Positions 46,138-58,557 are shown, counted from the first letter of the whole stretch. The stretch: 61,626 nt of DNA, filler included, from Thelocarpon superellum (GCA_026025795.1; 10 parts of 10 records of this genome joined end to end with filler, not necessarily neighbours in it), one strand, 5' to 3'. The notes: generated by a model not told the origin, from the letters alone. Made by a program: numbers and translations.

Positions 46138-48653
46138 ATGTTTCAAGCACTGAAACCTCGACCATGGATCTGTGCGAGATGTCTGGTGCGTGCTCGACCC
46201 ACGACTCGTCGCCTGGCGACAGCAGCAACGGCTCCCGCTCATCCGGAGGGCACCGAGATCAAGCTCGCTCAAGCTACACATTCGCCTCCCGGGGTCGCCC
46301 AAGACGACGCAAATCTACGAAAAGTCTTTGACTCGCCGTCGTTCTGGAACGAGTTTTCACAACAGCGTCAGAGCGGGGCGGAGGCTCCATCTCGGGGTCT
46401 CGTCCACAATCGGCACCTGACCGGCCCAGATGGCTTTCAGACCTTTGCCAGGGTGACGGTGGCAAAGGCGCGGCGAATCGTGGAGAAGGTGTTGCACGCC
46501 TCGACCGTGGACGAATACCGGCCCATCGCTCGTGAGCTAGACCGGCTGAGCGACTTGCTATGCCGAGTCATCGACCTCTCCGACTTTGTCCGGTCGACCC
46601 ATCCGGATCGCCATGTCCAAGCGGCGGCGTCACAGGCCTACGCCTTCATGTTTGAATACATGAATGTCTTGAACACCACAACGGAGCTGAACGACCAGCT
46701 CCAGAGAGCCATGGCGAATCCTGAGGTGACGGCAGCCTGGACGGACGAGGAGCATGTCGTGGCGCAGATCCTGATCAAGGACTTTTCCAAGTCGGCTATT
46801 GATCTGCCGTCGAGGGATCGGCAGCGGTTCATCGACTTGTCGAACGAGATCAGTAGAGTGGGGGTGGCGTTTGTGGACCAAATATCTCCGGAGGAGCCGT
46901 ACCTGGCGATCAACGGCAGCAAACTCAAGGGCATGGACCCGGTGACGGCGCGACAATACACAAGATGGGGCACGGCGACACTTCCAAGTGTTGGCTCGGC
47001 GGCGACCCTCGCTCTGCGATCGGTTGAGGATGAAAGCGTTCGGAAGGAGATCTACCTGGCCAGTCGAACGGCGGCGCGTGGTCAGATTGACCGACTGGAG
47101 CAGCTTCTCCAAAGTCGAGCAGAGCTGGCGACACTGTCGGGATATGAGAGCTATGCACACATGGCGTTGAGTGATAAGATGGCCAAATCACCTGGTCAGT
47201 CGTCCGCCCAGCTGCATGACGTTCGCTGACATGGCCAGAGTCCGTGTCGAGCTTCTTGAACGCCCTCACTATGGATAACGAGGAGAAGGTCGACCTGGAG
47301 CTGTCTCAACTTCGACGGGCTAAGCAAGCCATGCACGGCTCCACCTCACATCTCGAGGCATGGGACAAGGATTACTTTATCGCACGGCAGCTAGAGCAAA
47401 CCCGATCGAAGTCTCGAACGCCCGACTTTCTCGCGGCGTACTTTTCTCTGGGGACCGTGATGCAGGGAATCTCACGGTTGACGCAGCGACTGTACGGCGT
47501 TCGACTGGTCCCCCGTGAGCCGTCGCCAGGCGAGACGTGGAACGGAGATGTGCGACGTCTCGATGTGTTGGATGAGGATGACGGGCACATTGCCGTGGTG
47601 TACTGCGACCTGTTCCAACGGGCTGGCAAGAACCCGAACCCTGCGCACTTCACCCTGCGCTGCTCGCGACAGATCTTCGCTCCCGAGATGGACGAGGCCC
47701 GAGCGTTGACGACGTCTATGCAAGACGCCATCGACGATGTCACGGACGGAATGGCATGGACGCGGGACTCGACGGGGCAGGTCCACCAACTCCCCACCAT
47801 CGCGCTCATCTGCGACTTCTCCCGCGGCGCCGGCACGCGACCGACGCTCCTCAGCTTTGCAGAAGTGCAAACGCTCTTCCACGAGATGGGCCATGCCATC
47901 CACTCGATGCTCGGGCGCACGGCGCTCCAGAACGTGTCGGGCACGCGGTGCGCCACGGACTTCGCCGAACTACCCAGCGTGCTGATGGAGCGGTTCGCCA
48001 GCGCGCCCGAGGTGCTGGCACTCTACGCCCGCCACTGGGACACGGACGCGCGCTTGCCGTACGCCATGGTGGCCGATCGGGTAGCGCGGGATCGGCGCTT
48101 CGACGGCCTTGACACCGAAGCCCAGCTCGTCCTCGCGGCGCTCGATCAGCAGTACCACTCTGCCGTGCCGCTCTCGCCGTCGTTCAATAGCACGAGCGTG
48201 TATCACGACGTGTACAATCGACATTCGAGCCTGCCCGAGCCCGACTCGACCAGATGGCAGGGCTTTTTTGGCCACCTGTTCGGATACGGCGCCACATATT
48301 ACTCTTATCTCTTTGACCGTGCGATCGCGGGGAAGATCTGGAGGGATGTGTTTGGGGGAGACGCATCAGGAGGAGCAGGGGAGGTAGGGGGGGAGAGAAG
48401 GGGAGGAGGAGGAGGAGGAGGAGGAGGAGGAGGAGGAGGAGGAGGAGGAGGAGGGGGAGGAGGAGGAGACGGAGTAGGGAGGAGGAACGTCCTAAGCAGA
48501 GAAGCAGGGGCGCGTTTCCGATCCGAGGTGCTGAAGTGGGGCGGAGCGCGCGACGGCTGGACGTGCGTGGCGCGGGTGTTGGATCGACCGGATCTGACGG
48601 CCGGTGGGGAGCGCGCGATGGAGTCCGTGGGGAAATGGGGCGTTGGTTCTTGA
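46138..48653 (+). CDS. OCT1: Mitochondrial intermediate peptidase (M3 family); 2 exons (intron about 47195-47238)
   Basis: Presequence with [47 protein letters not shown] (HExxH), [27 protein letters not shown]. Confidence 0.96.
48402..48467 (+). repeat. (GGA)n tract encoding 22 Gly inside OCT1
   Basis: (GGA)17 GGG (GGA)4, in frame. Confidence 0.95.
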
Positions 48654-48773
48654 ATCCAATGTTCGTTGTACTCTGTACTGTGTACTTTGTACTCTCTAGG
48701 ATATCTATCGCTTCTACCGACATATTCAACACCGACTATCCAAATCAACCAAGCATCCCTCAGACCAGGCAGG

Positions 48774-49501
48774 TCAACGCAAGTGAGCAGCAAGAAGAAG
48801 CACGCAAGTGGCGAGAGAGCCTAGCACGCCCACTCCCACTCCCCTCATACGAACAGCGCCGCTGCTCTTGGCGCCCGTGGTCTGATATAGCGATAGCTTC
48901 AGCGACCCACCGCACACTTCGCTCCCGTTGCCTTGGCACGGTAGGTTGCATGCTGCGTCGGGCAGCTTGACGGATAAGGCGGAGAGGTAGGGTGAACACC
49001 AGCATTCTCTGCATTTCATTCCCAGTCAGTTGATGGGTTGGGTTTGGATGGGAGTCTGGTTATGAGATGGACGCTTGACGTGGGATTGTGAGGGGGCGGG
49101 ATGAGGAAAGGTAAGGCGGGGTGGAAAGGGGAGCCGACTCACCGCGAATACTCCAATCCAGCATAAGTACTCCCTCCGCAGTAGGTCAGGCACGATGCAA
49201 CAGTCATGGTATCGAGTGCTTCCTATTACGCAGACCCCACTCACTCGTCAGCCACTCATGTCCGTCAACGGTGATCATGGACATCTCGTATTCTTCACTT
49301 ATTCGACGTCGTGTTTCGGGAACAAGTCACGAACCATTTTTCCTTTGGTCCCGGCGTCCAAGGCACGCGAGTCCTGCGTCCCAGGGATATCGGTCGTTTC
49401 ATTATAGCAGCCGACGTATTTGTAGGATGATTCGCCGCTGTTGATGACTGCTGTTGTGGAAGGAGTTGGGGCAACGGACGTGGGAGCGACGGAGGAGGAG
49501 G
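48774..49501 (-). CDS. WSC-domain cell-surface protein, 5'-truncated; 3 visible exons
   Basis: YKYVGCYNETT..RAL..|EALDTMTVASCLTYCGGSTYAGLEYSR|ECWCSPYL..CNLPCQGNGSEVCGG..LSLY, followed by a hydrophobic C-terminus. Confidence 0.88.
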
Positions 49502-49601
49502 NNNNNNNNNNNNNNNNNNNNNNNNNNNNNNNNNNNNNNNNNNNNTTAATTAATTAANNNNNNNNNNNNNNNNNNNNNNNNNNNNNNNNNNNNNNNNNNN
49601 N
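49502..49601. other. Artificial contig linker
   Basis: 44 N + TTAATTAATTAA + 44 N. Confidence 0.99.
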
Positions 49602-50517
49602 TCTTCGGATGGCGATACCGCACGTGGGGCTTCTTGGTCGGCTTGACCGGAGGCCTGGCTCTCGAGATCGTAGGCTATGCCGGCCGCGTTCAAATGCATT
49701 CGAATCCATTCACCAAGCCGCCCTTCCTTCAGTGAGTCCTCTACTGCTCCGGTGACGATCGCCAGAGCAATGCTCACCTTCGTCTTCAGGTACCTCATCT
49801 GTTTGACCATTGGTCCCGCATTCCTCAGTGCCTCCATCTATCTCTGCCTCGCCCGGATTGTAGTCGTGTTCGGCGAACACATCTCACGCTTCCGCCCGGC
49901 AACGTACACCATCTTCTTCGTCGGCTGCGATTTCATCTCCCTGCTGCTGCAAGCTATCGGGGGTGGCATCGCCGCCACCGCCAATCCCGACGACAACACC
50001 AAGGATGAGCTGGGCATCCACATCATGATCGCCGGACTGTCCTTCCAAGTGGCCTCCTTGTTCGTCTTCATCGTCTTGTGCAGCGAGTTTGCGCTCCGCG
50101 TCTACCAGCGACGGTCGGAGATCTCATCCTCCGGGATGCCGCTCGTTCGGTCACTCCGATTTAAAGGATTCCTCTTCGGTCCGTTACTGTTTTCCACCAC
50201 CTGCTTCAATGCCCACGCTGACATACGGGACCCTCACAGCGCTTGCCGCTGCCACCCTCTTCATCTTCATCCGGTCGTGCTTCCGCGTCGCCGAGCTGAA
50301 TGGGGGCTTCCATGGCACCCTCGCCAACCAAGAAGTCACCTTCATGCTGCTGGAGGGTATGATGATTGTTCTCGCCGTGCTGTCCTTGACCGCCTTCCAT
50401 CCCGGCCTTGCGTTCGGCGAACACTGGCACGCAGCCAACTTCACATTGCGGAAGAAGACGGAAGCCGTCTTCGACGAAGAGAAGACGGGTGACCAGATGG
50501 CGAGTGGCAGCACTTAA
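49602..50517 (+). CDS. RTA1/Rsb1-like lipid-translocating exporter, 5'-truncated; 3 visible exons
   Basis: [66 protein letters not shown]. Confidence 0.92.
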
Positions 50518-51131
50518 AGCACTCAATTCGAGATGCTTCACACGACCTGGTCGATCTTGCTGTCAAGCGTCTCCCTACTTGATGATTGCGGCATCACCGG
50601 ATTTTTGAGTCGGCCCCTGTAGTGGATATGTCACCACACTTTGTCGCGTCTGCAGGGCCTTAGATAATACGGATGTCAATGAGAGTCTCGAAGGTGGCGT
50701 AACTTTGAAAGACTAAAGATATCCGCATTACACTTGTCGTTCATCCTCTGCTCTACCCACTCAGTGAGCAGAGATCGATATGAATACGCGTACATCTGAC
50801 GGAGCTCGTAGGTACTATGGTCTCATTGGAGACTAAGAGACAATCGTGATGCAGCAGATCACCCAACTACGCAGCCAGACGCAAGAAAAAGACTCGAAGA
50901 AAATCGCCCCCGTCGTCAGAAGATCTTCTTCATGGTAGGTAGGTTGTATTGGACATCGTTGCTCTATCTTTCCCGTGGCGGAGGTTGTGTGTGAGGGAGA
51001 GGCGGATTGGAAGGAAGGTGCTAAAGGCGAAGGAGGAGACGAAACTATCGGAGGCGGTAATAGGGCGCTTCCAGATGGTTGAAGAGATGGAAGACAAGAC
51101 GGGGGTCCGTTCTGACGCACCATGGACGCCT

Positions 51132-52037
51132 CTAACTGTAGAACCAATACCTTCCGGACGCAATGTTAGTACTGTTCAACCAGCGTGGAGGAAGGGACAC
51201 CATACTCGGCGGCATAATCAACCTCAAAAGCACTGGGCATATCCTCACACGTCATGGGAGGCTGTCCACCGGCCGTGTTGATCCGATAAACTTCCTGAAT
51301 GTCGGCGTCGCCCGATTTTCTCTGCAACTGGAGCCACGGCACACTGCCAAACCCCTGGCCATCTTGACCCGGCGTCGACGACGACGGCGCCGGCTGCGAC
51401 CCCTTCTTCGCGGCGTGAATGACGCCCAGCGAGGTACCTGGCACGTTCAGGTCAAAGGACGGGGTCGTGTTGTCGCTGAAGTAGTGGATGCCCATCAAGA
51501 GGAGCTCCGACGGCAGCAACGCAGTGTCCCCCGTGGGCGTGTCAAACTGCAGTGCGATGTCGGGAATCATGGCGAGCAGGTCCGGGTAGTTGGCCGCAAT
51601 GCAGGTGGCATTGTACAGGTTGGCAGTGGCACCAATCGCCACCGGGGCAGCGTCCGAGGTGTTGTTGACGCAGGTATAGTTCTGCGTGCCGCGGCCGATG
51701 GCCACATTGCTCACAGTGAGACCGGGCGTGGCGGATGCGAGGGCTGACGTCGTGGCAGAAACTGTGCGGGAACGGGCGGTTCAGTGACGAAGAAGCGCTG
51801 CGGGGAGGGGCACGTACTGGTTGGCATGGCACCACTGCCCACCTGACAGGGAGGGGGGCTCGGAGGCCCGTCACTCGTGTCTCGGATCACCTCCACATGG
51901 TTCCCAAGGACTTGGAAGTAATTCATCAACAAGGTCGAGGAAGTGGCATCGAGACTGGGCTCCCGCTTCTCCAGCGTGGGCTGGGCTGAGGCAATGGTGG
52001 CGGTCAACGCCAGGGCCAGGTAGGAAAGGGACAACAT
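51132..52037 (-). CDS. Secreted DUF3455-family protein (often mis-annotated as malate dehydrogenase); 3 exons
   Basis: Signal peptide MLSLSYLALALTATIASA, VAIGRGTQNYTC, AIGATANLYNATC, GIHYF, VPWLQL, VYRINTAGGQPP, YAAE|YWFYS*. Confidence 0.87.
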
Positions 52038-53311
52038 GATGTTCGGGAGCGTGGACTTTGAACCAGGATGAACGCCAAAATGCTCGCGGTAGGTGAGGCA
52101 GGAATCGCTCCAGGCACGAGTAGCTCAACCAACACCGCGTTTGCTCCGGGCAGATGAAAGACGAAACATCTGGAGCAGCAACTTTGTCTATACCTATATA
52201 GACGTTGGAGGCGTCTCTTCAGCGATCTCGAGGGCGTCAAGACGCTGGACTTAGCCTTGTGGCCAGGATGTGTGCTATAAACAGGCCGGGAGCTAAGCCC
52301 GCCAAGGACAGCCACGAACGGGCATTTACGCAAGCCAGCCCCGGTTACACGACTGGGGGCATGGGGTGCGGGTGCGGCGCGCTGATTGACTGGTGGTGGC
52401 AGGGATGCGGCGGGAAGTCAAACTGCCTGGGCGGCTCCACGCTGCAGCCTTGCCGACTTCCTCCAATCCGTCCACCGCCCCAGCCGATCTGATCCAGCGC
52501 ATGCTAGAAATAATACTGGCCCTTGGTTACACCACGGCTGTTTGCGTCATCTGTCGGAGCATCCACTGGATGCAGACCGTGGAGACGACGGAGACTGGGG
52601 AAACGAGGGACGCCGCCTTCTCTCGTGGACCGGAGTTGTTGCACCGGACCGTGAAGGACAGCCACGACAGCGCCCTCTCTTCTTAAGCGCCTGGCCACGC
52701 AGTCCGTTCGCCGCCGTTCCTACTTGCAGCTGACGACGGGGCGCGGTGATGGCACGCGACCATTCATATCACCCCTCGCACGACCAGATGCCTGCTCGCT
52801 GTACAATAAACTTGTGCATGAGCTGTCCGTATACAGCGTCACACATCCCATACAGAGTTTGCATCCCTGCGGGGCAGCTGAAGACCTGCCTAATCCAGAC
52901 GATTTAGTCACCATTCGCAGGGCGCTTCGCGGTCTGCGTTGGCTGTCGGGGTTTGCCAAGATCAGGAAAGAAGGCTAATTAAGTGTCTTTGGCTCCACCG
53001 GACCGGTTAGTCCCGGAAGGCCAGCCAGTCCAAATCCGAAGACTCGTATCTTACTGCGTTTCCTTCGTCCCAGTACTACGGCGCAGGTCGGGTAAGCGCC
53101 ACTTGCGAGAAGGGTCCTGACCGCGACCAATCACGGCGCGACCAGGCCAACACACCCGTCTTGGCAATTGACGCCGTGCCACCGACGACGCCCGATGGCC
53201 GCTGACGCCCCCGGTCCCAGATTTGATCTCTCCTAGAGCGCACCTGAAACAGAGCGCGAGCTATTTATACAACGAACGTTCGTACAGATCCGGCGCAGCA
53301 GCGGCGGGCGA

Positions 53312-55578
53312 TCATCCGCCGCCACTAAAGCCTTCTTGATGCCAGTCGCCATGATGAGCCTCGCTCCCACTGGCCGCTCCTACTGGCCCAGCGGCCGCTG
53401 CTGCAGCCGCCGCGGTGGCGACATCGCCCAGGTTGCTGGCATGGCGCTCCAGGTCCGATGTCCCCATCCAGTACAGCAAGACCAACACCAGGACATGTAA
53501 GGCGAAGCAGTAAGCCGCAAACATGTTGCGACTCGTGCGATTAGCCAGGACCATCCGGGTGATGGAGAAGACCACACGTTCCGGCAGGCTCATTCGCTTG
53601 AAGGCGCGCGCGCTCTCGCGGCCCCGGAAGGCGGCAAAGGGGGAGATGTTGGCCTCGTACGCCGAGCGGTACCGGTCGAGCGAGGGGCTTGCCGACTGCG
53701 ACGACGACATCTGGACGGTGGCGGGGTTGTGGTTCAGCGCGTAGGCGGACGAGGAGGACGACGTCCCCGTGGGGCCGCGGTGGTAGGATGAGACGTAGCG
53801 CGTCTTCTCGTAGAGGTCGAGATTGTCCTTCTGGAGGGCCGCCACCTCCTGCCGCAGCGATGACACCGACGTGTACGCCTTGGACAGCTCATCTTCGAGC
53901 TGGGCGTTGCGCTGCTTGAAGCGGTCTCGCTGCGCCGTCACCATGGGCAGGATGCCGGAGCCGCCGCCCACAGCCTCGCCGGCCCGGATAGCGTCCAAGG
54001 TGCCCGAGTATCCGTTGGACGTCTCGATCCCCGAGATGATAGACGACGTGGGTGAGGCCCGTCCACGCCGGCCCGCCACCGAGTGAGCCGCGGGCGAGGC
54101 GTACGACTGCGGGTGGCGCGACACATAGGTGCCGGCCACGGAGGCATTGGACGGGAAGACGTTGGAGGCTTCCTGTTGCACCTTCACCAGGTCATCCTCA
54201 AGCGTTGCGGCCAGTTGCCGGAACTTCTCCTGCGCCGTGATGGCCTCGGACAAGTCGTGCTGCATCGCCTCCAGCCGAGTTTGCAAGTCGCGGTGCGAGA
54301 CGCGTAAGATGGTCAACTCATCCGCCAATTTCTTGTTTCGCGCCAGCAGGAGCTTCTCCAATGTGTCTCCCTTGCCGGTCGAGGCCGCTCCGTTCTCCCC
54401 ACGCGGTATATTCGACGACGGGACGTCGGTCTCGTCCTTTGGAACCAGGTCATCCTCGTCACCCGTGGCAAATTCAATCGACTACCGTCCTCCCATTAGC
54501 GTGAGGACGGACCAACGGACAGGCGTACTTCACCGACCTTTAACATCTCCAGCTCTCGCTTGACTTCGTCGTAGTCGTTCCACTTTTGCAGTTTGCTCCG
54601 AGCGTTCTCTCGATCGACCTTGACCTGGGCAATCTCTCGCTCCAACGTTCGCACCTTGCCTTCGAGATTTCGTGCCTCTGACTCCTTCTCGATCCGGGCA
54701 GCCTCGATCTTCCGCAGGAGCGATGCATTCTCCGACCGCAGCCGGAGGAAATCCGGGTCCTCCTCGGCGCTGTAAGACGACGGTGCGCTCTGCGAGTGTG
54801 ACGCAGTGTGCGCCAGCTCGAGGCGGAGCTGCTCGTTTCGCGACTCCACCTCGGCCAAGCGTAGGCTCGTCCGCTCGAGATCCGATGCCATCATCTCCAG
54901 CTCGGCGGCAGATGCGACGGCGCGCACGCCATCCTCCCCGCCTCCCTCGGCCGAGCCGAGACGTTGCGATACCTCATAGCTCGCTTTGAGCTCTTTGAGC
55001 AGGCGGTCCTGGTTCTCCACCTTCTCCTCGAGACTACGTTCCTTGGCAGCCCAGTTGTCTTCCTTCTCCTCCATCACCGCGGCCCACGACGCCTCGACCT
55101 CTTTGGCTTTCTTCTCCTGCGCCTCCTCTAGCGACTTTTTGGCCACCCGCTCGCCGTCCAGGCGCTGCTCCGTCTCGTCCAGCTGGCTCGTCAGTTTGCT
55201 GATGGAGCCCTGGAGCCGTAGGTTTTCATCTTTGATCCTGGGGAGGGTATCTTCGGACAGAACGAGCGACTCGACGGAGGCCTCGAGTAAGGGGTACGGA
55301 TCCGGCGCTTCAGCGAGAGACGAATAGATCTGGAGAAAGGCTGATGACGTGGATTTGGCATGGTTCGATAAGGAGTCGATAAAGGTTTGATAGGCTAACA
55401 ACATCCGTCAGTCCTGCCCGTGCACCACGCAGATCAAGCCGTGGGCGACATTACCTTTCAGCAACCCCTTGATCTCAGCTAGTTTGTCCGTATCATCGAG
55501 CTTTCGAAACTCCTTGGTCTTCTGCGCCAGATCTTTTCGCTGCACCAGTGACTCTCGTTGGTGGGAGACAATGTCGAC
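53312..55578 (-). CDS. COY1: Golgi coiled-coil membrane protein CASP/Coy1, 5'-truncated; 3 visible exons
   Basis: QRKDLAQKTKEFRKL, YQTFID.L, EAPDPYPLLEA, DYDEVKRELEMLK|SIEF, LEKLLLARNKKL, ILPMVTAQRDRFK, DNLDLYEKTRY, YEANISPFAAFR and C-terminal TM with conserved Y/H. Confidence 0.95.
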
Positions 55579-55678
55579 NNNNNNNNNNNNNNNNNNNNNN
55601 NNNNNNNNNNNNNNNNNNNNNNTTAATTAATTAANNNNNNNNNNNNNNNNNNNNNNNNNNNNNNNNNNNNNNNNNNNN
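55579..55678. other. Artificial contig linker
   Basis: 44 N + TTAATTAATTAA + 44 N. Confidence 0.99.
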
Positions 55679-56494
55679 GGTTGGGCTTACGAGACGGAAT
55701 CCCCACAAGCAGTCGTTCCCCCGCGGTGGCACAGCAGAACCTCTTGCAATTCACACATTCACGACGGAATCCGCTGAAGGGTTGACATGAGACATGTATG
55801 ATTGGCGGGAGGGAGACCCTAGGCATGATGCGCGGGCGTAGCCGCAGAGGAGGCAAAATCTCATCTCATCACGATGACTGATTTGTCAGAGGAGGACGTG
55901 AAGGGGAGGACGGATCTTCTCCAGACCCATTCCGGGCGGGCGCCATGATGGCCCCTGGTTCCAGAGCGAATAGCCCAAGCTACAGTTCAAACTCAACGGC
56001 AGTGGGACATGATGGTAGTAAGCAGCACCTTGGCTGACCATTGGCAGACTCCAGACGCCGGGCTCCGGTAAAAGCCGCACTCAGCACTCGGCAGTCCTCC
56101 AGCAGTAGTATGTTATTACTCGCATGCTGGAGTCGTCTCGTGATATCTCTACCTCGTCTGGTCCTCGTCTGGTCCTCGGATGGCAAGGGTACCGCAGCCT
56201 ACGCGGTGGGACGACTGTTGCGTGGTGCGCACTGCCGACCAAGCTTGACCAGGAAGGGAAGGCGACGATGCAAAGGAGGCGATTCGCAACATCGAGCCTT
56301 CGATGCACGCAAGAGCTGACAGGGACGGGAAGAACAAGTGTATTGTTCCAGGCAGCATAAAAGGATTGTCGACGGATGACCAAGAGTATTTCACGACAGA
56401 CCAGACGAAGGAAAGCGCCTGCGGTCCAATCGTAGTGTCTTCCTGCGGTCTGCGCTGCGACTGATCGTCAAAGCTTACGAACTCCAGGGGTGGC

Positions 56495-56500
56495 AAAAAA
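56495..56500 (-). terminator. RNA polymerase III terminator (T6) of the tRNA gene
   Basis: AAAAAA on + (T6 on -), 4 nt after the discriminator base. Confidence 0.85.
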
Positions 56501-56504
56501 CATT

Positions 56505-56576
56505 TAGCAACACCTGGTTTCGATCCAGGGTCCTCCGGGTTATGAGCCCGGCGCGCTTCCGCTGCGCCATGTTGCT
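56505..56576 (-). tRNA. Initiator tRNA-Met (CAT), intronless
   Basis: AGCAACATGGCGCAGCGGAAGCGCGCCGGGCTCATAACCCGGAGGACCCTGGATCGAAACCAGGTGTTGCTA. Perfect acceptor stem with A1:U72, GGG/CCC anticodon stem, CAT anticodon and ATCGAAA T-loop (A54/A60), all eukaryotic initiator signatures. Confidence 0.97.
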
Positions 56577-56818
56577 GAGAGGTATTGGAGGGGCTTTATT
56601 ACGTTATCTCAACGTCCCGCAGATGATGGGTTGCACCACGGCAAGCTCCGTGGAGCTCCACGTTCTTCGATTCCCAGCATTAATTGGATGTGTCTCGGTG
56701 CGAAATGACTGAAGATACGCACTTGTCTCGATGTACATAAACAGGTCTCTAATCTCGGTCTAGAGCTATGTATGTTCCGTGTGTTTTCTGGTCATAGCTA
56801 GACGCGCAGACATCGACA

Positions 56819-58537
56819 ATGACCCATCCTCCGCTGTCCCTTCGGAATCTGACGTCACGGCCACTAGAGTTGAAGCTCCTGGAACGACATGAAGCGCTGG
56901 AAGACGGCAAGAAGGCGGGGGGCATGATGAGCATGACCTTTAGCTTGACGGCTTGCTCGAGCAAGAGCACGGCGCCGACGGCTGGCAAGCTCGCCCTCAA
57001 TGCGCAGACCTACCGGCAGGAAACGGTATCGATCCGGGTCCCGCCCTTCGAGACCGTCCGGACCGATATTGAGACTCCGTCCCGCTCAGCCAAGGAGAAG
57101 CTGCGTCTCACGTTTGAAAGCGAGGGCGAGAGACACCGGTTGTCTACCGCGACCCTCTCCAAGGATTCCACACTCCTCACGCCGTTGACTCCTTCGCCAC
57201 GCTTCAAGTACACGGCCGTCTTCCTCGCGCCGCATTCGCACATTGCCCTCTTCTCTACGACTAGCCTGGCCTCATGGATGCAGCACCTCCGGGACGAGAC
57301 GCCCCTCTCCGGTCTCAGTATTCCCGGTACCCATAACTCCGCATGCTACTACCGCGCTCTCCCCTCCGTCCGATGCCAGGCCGTCAGCATCCGCGACCAG
57401 CTACGGAATGGGGTTCGATTCCTCGATATCCGCCTGCATCCAGAGCACCCGAAAGACCCGTCAAACGACAGCCTAGTCCTCGTTCACAGCGTGTTCCCGA
57501 TCTCACTGACGGGCACCAAGTATTTCCGCAAGACCGTCCACGAAGTCTACGCCTTCCTGGATCAGAATCCCAGCGAGACGGTCATCATGTCGCTCAAGCG
57601 CGAAGGGCCGGGCCAGCACAGCGACGCACAGCTCAGCCTCGCGCTGCACGCGCACTACGCGAGCGACGCCGAGCGATGGTACACGGAGCCGCGGATCCCG
57701 ACGCTGGGCGAGGCACGGGGGAAGGTAGTAGTGATGCGACGCTTCGGGCTGGACGAGCGTCTGAAGCGCGAGCACGACGGCCGGGGGTGGTGCATCGACG
57801 CCGAAACGTGGAGGTACAATACGGCCGAGGATCTGTGCCCCAGCGGGGATATCTGCGTGCAGGATTTCTGCGAGGTGCTGGAGACGGTCAATATCGAGAA
57901 GAAGATCGAGGTGTCGCAGGCCCATCTCCACCGCGCTGCTGCCCAGCGCGTGTGCCCTGTTCCCGCTCACCGCCGGTCATTGGAGACCCATCGCGTCCCG
58001 TCCAGGCGGGAGAAACAGTTGGCCGCACCGCAACACCCCCTCTACCTCAATTTCCTCAGCGGGTCCAACTTCTGGCGAACGGGATGCTGGCCGGAGCGGA
58101 TCGCGGCGAAGGTGAATCCAGCGATGGTGGAGTTTCTATGTCTGCATCATCATCGTCGTCTTCACGGGGAAGTGGGCTTTGATGAGGGGGAAGATGATGG
58201 CGAAGAGGGGAATGATGATGGTGATGATGGTGATGATGGTGATGATGGTGGTGAAGATGCTCCGCTGCCGCTCATGAACGAGAATGGCACGAATGGGAAT
58301 GCCAAGAGGAGCAACAGGAAGAAGAAGAAGAAGAAGCAGAGCAGCGAAGAACAGACAGAGGATGGAAAAGGAGATGGTGATAGGGTGAGAAGCAACGGAG
58401 ACGGAGACGGCGACGGCGACGGAAGCACCGGTATAGTCATCTGCGACTGGGTAGGACAACGGGGCGACTGGGACCTGGTGAGGTGTATAGTGGGAATGAA
58501 TTCTTTATTGGAGTTGCGAGGCCCGCATCTAGACTAG
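56819..58537 (+). CDS. Phosphatidylinositol-specific phospholipase C, X-domain (bacterial-type PI-PLC) protein
   Basis: LSIPGTHNS and LVHS (the two catalytic His positions), QLRNGVRFLDIR, PSETVIMSLKRE, IPTLGEARGKVVVMRRF, VQDFCEV, LYLNFLSGS, GIVICDWVG. Confidence 0.92.
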   Translation: MTHPPLSLRNLTSRPLELKLLERHEALEDGKKAGGMMSMTFSLTACSSKSTAPTAGKLALNAQTYRQETVSIRVPPFETVRTDIETPSRSAKEKLRLTFESEGERHRLSTATLSKDSTLLTPLTPSPRFKYTAVFLAPHSHIALFSTTSLASWMQHLRDETPLSGLSIPGTHNSACYYRALPSVRCQAVSIRDQLRNGVRFLDIRLHPEHPKDPSNDSLVLVHSVFPISLTGTKYFRKTVHEVYAFLDQNPSETVIMSLKREGPGQHSDAQLSLALHAHYASDAERWYTEPRIPTLGEARGKVVVMRRFGLDERLKREHDGRGWCIDAETWRYNTAEDLCPSGDICVQDFCEVLETVNIEKKIEVSQAHLHRAAAQRVCPVPAHRRSLETHRVPSRREKQLAAPQHPLYLNFLSGSNFWRTGCWPERIAAKVNPAMVEFLCLHHHRRLHGEVGFDEGEDDGEEGNDDGDDGDDGDDGGEDAPLPLMNENGTNGNAKRSNRKKKKKKQSSEEQTEDGKGDGDRVRSNGDGDGDGDGSTGIVICDWVGQRGDWDLVRCIVGMNSLLELRGPHLD

Positions 58538-58557
58538 CATTTCAACGACGGCTGTCT

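Noticed and set aside
56649..56662. 14-bp palindrome CGTGGAGCTCCACG between the tRNA and PI-PLC genes
   Set aside because: Single occurrence with no supporting motif; palindromes of this length arise by chance in 60 kb of GC-rich DNA.
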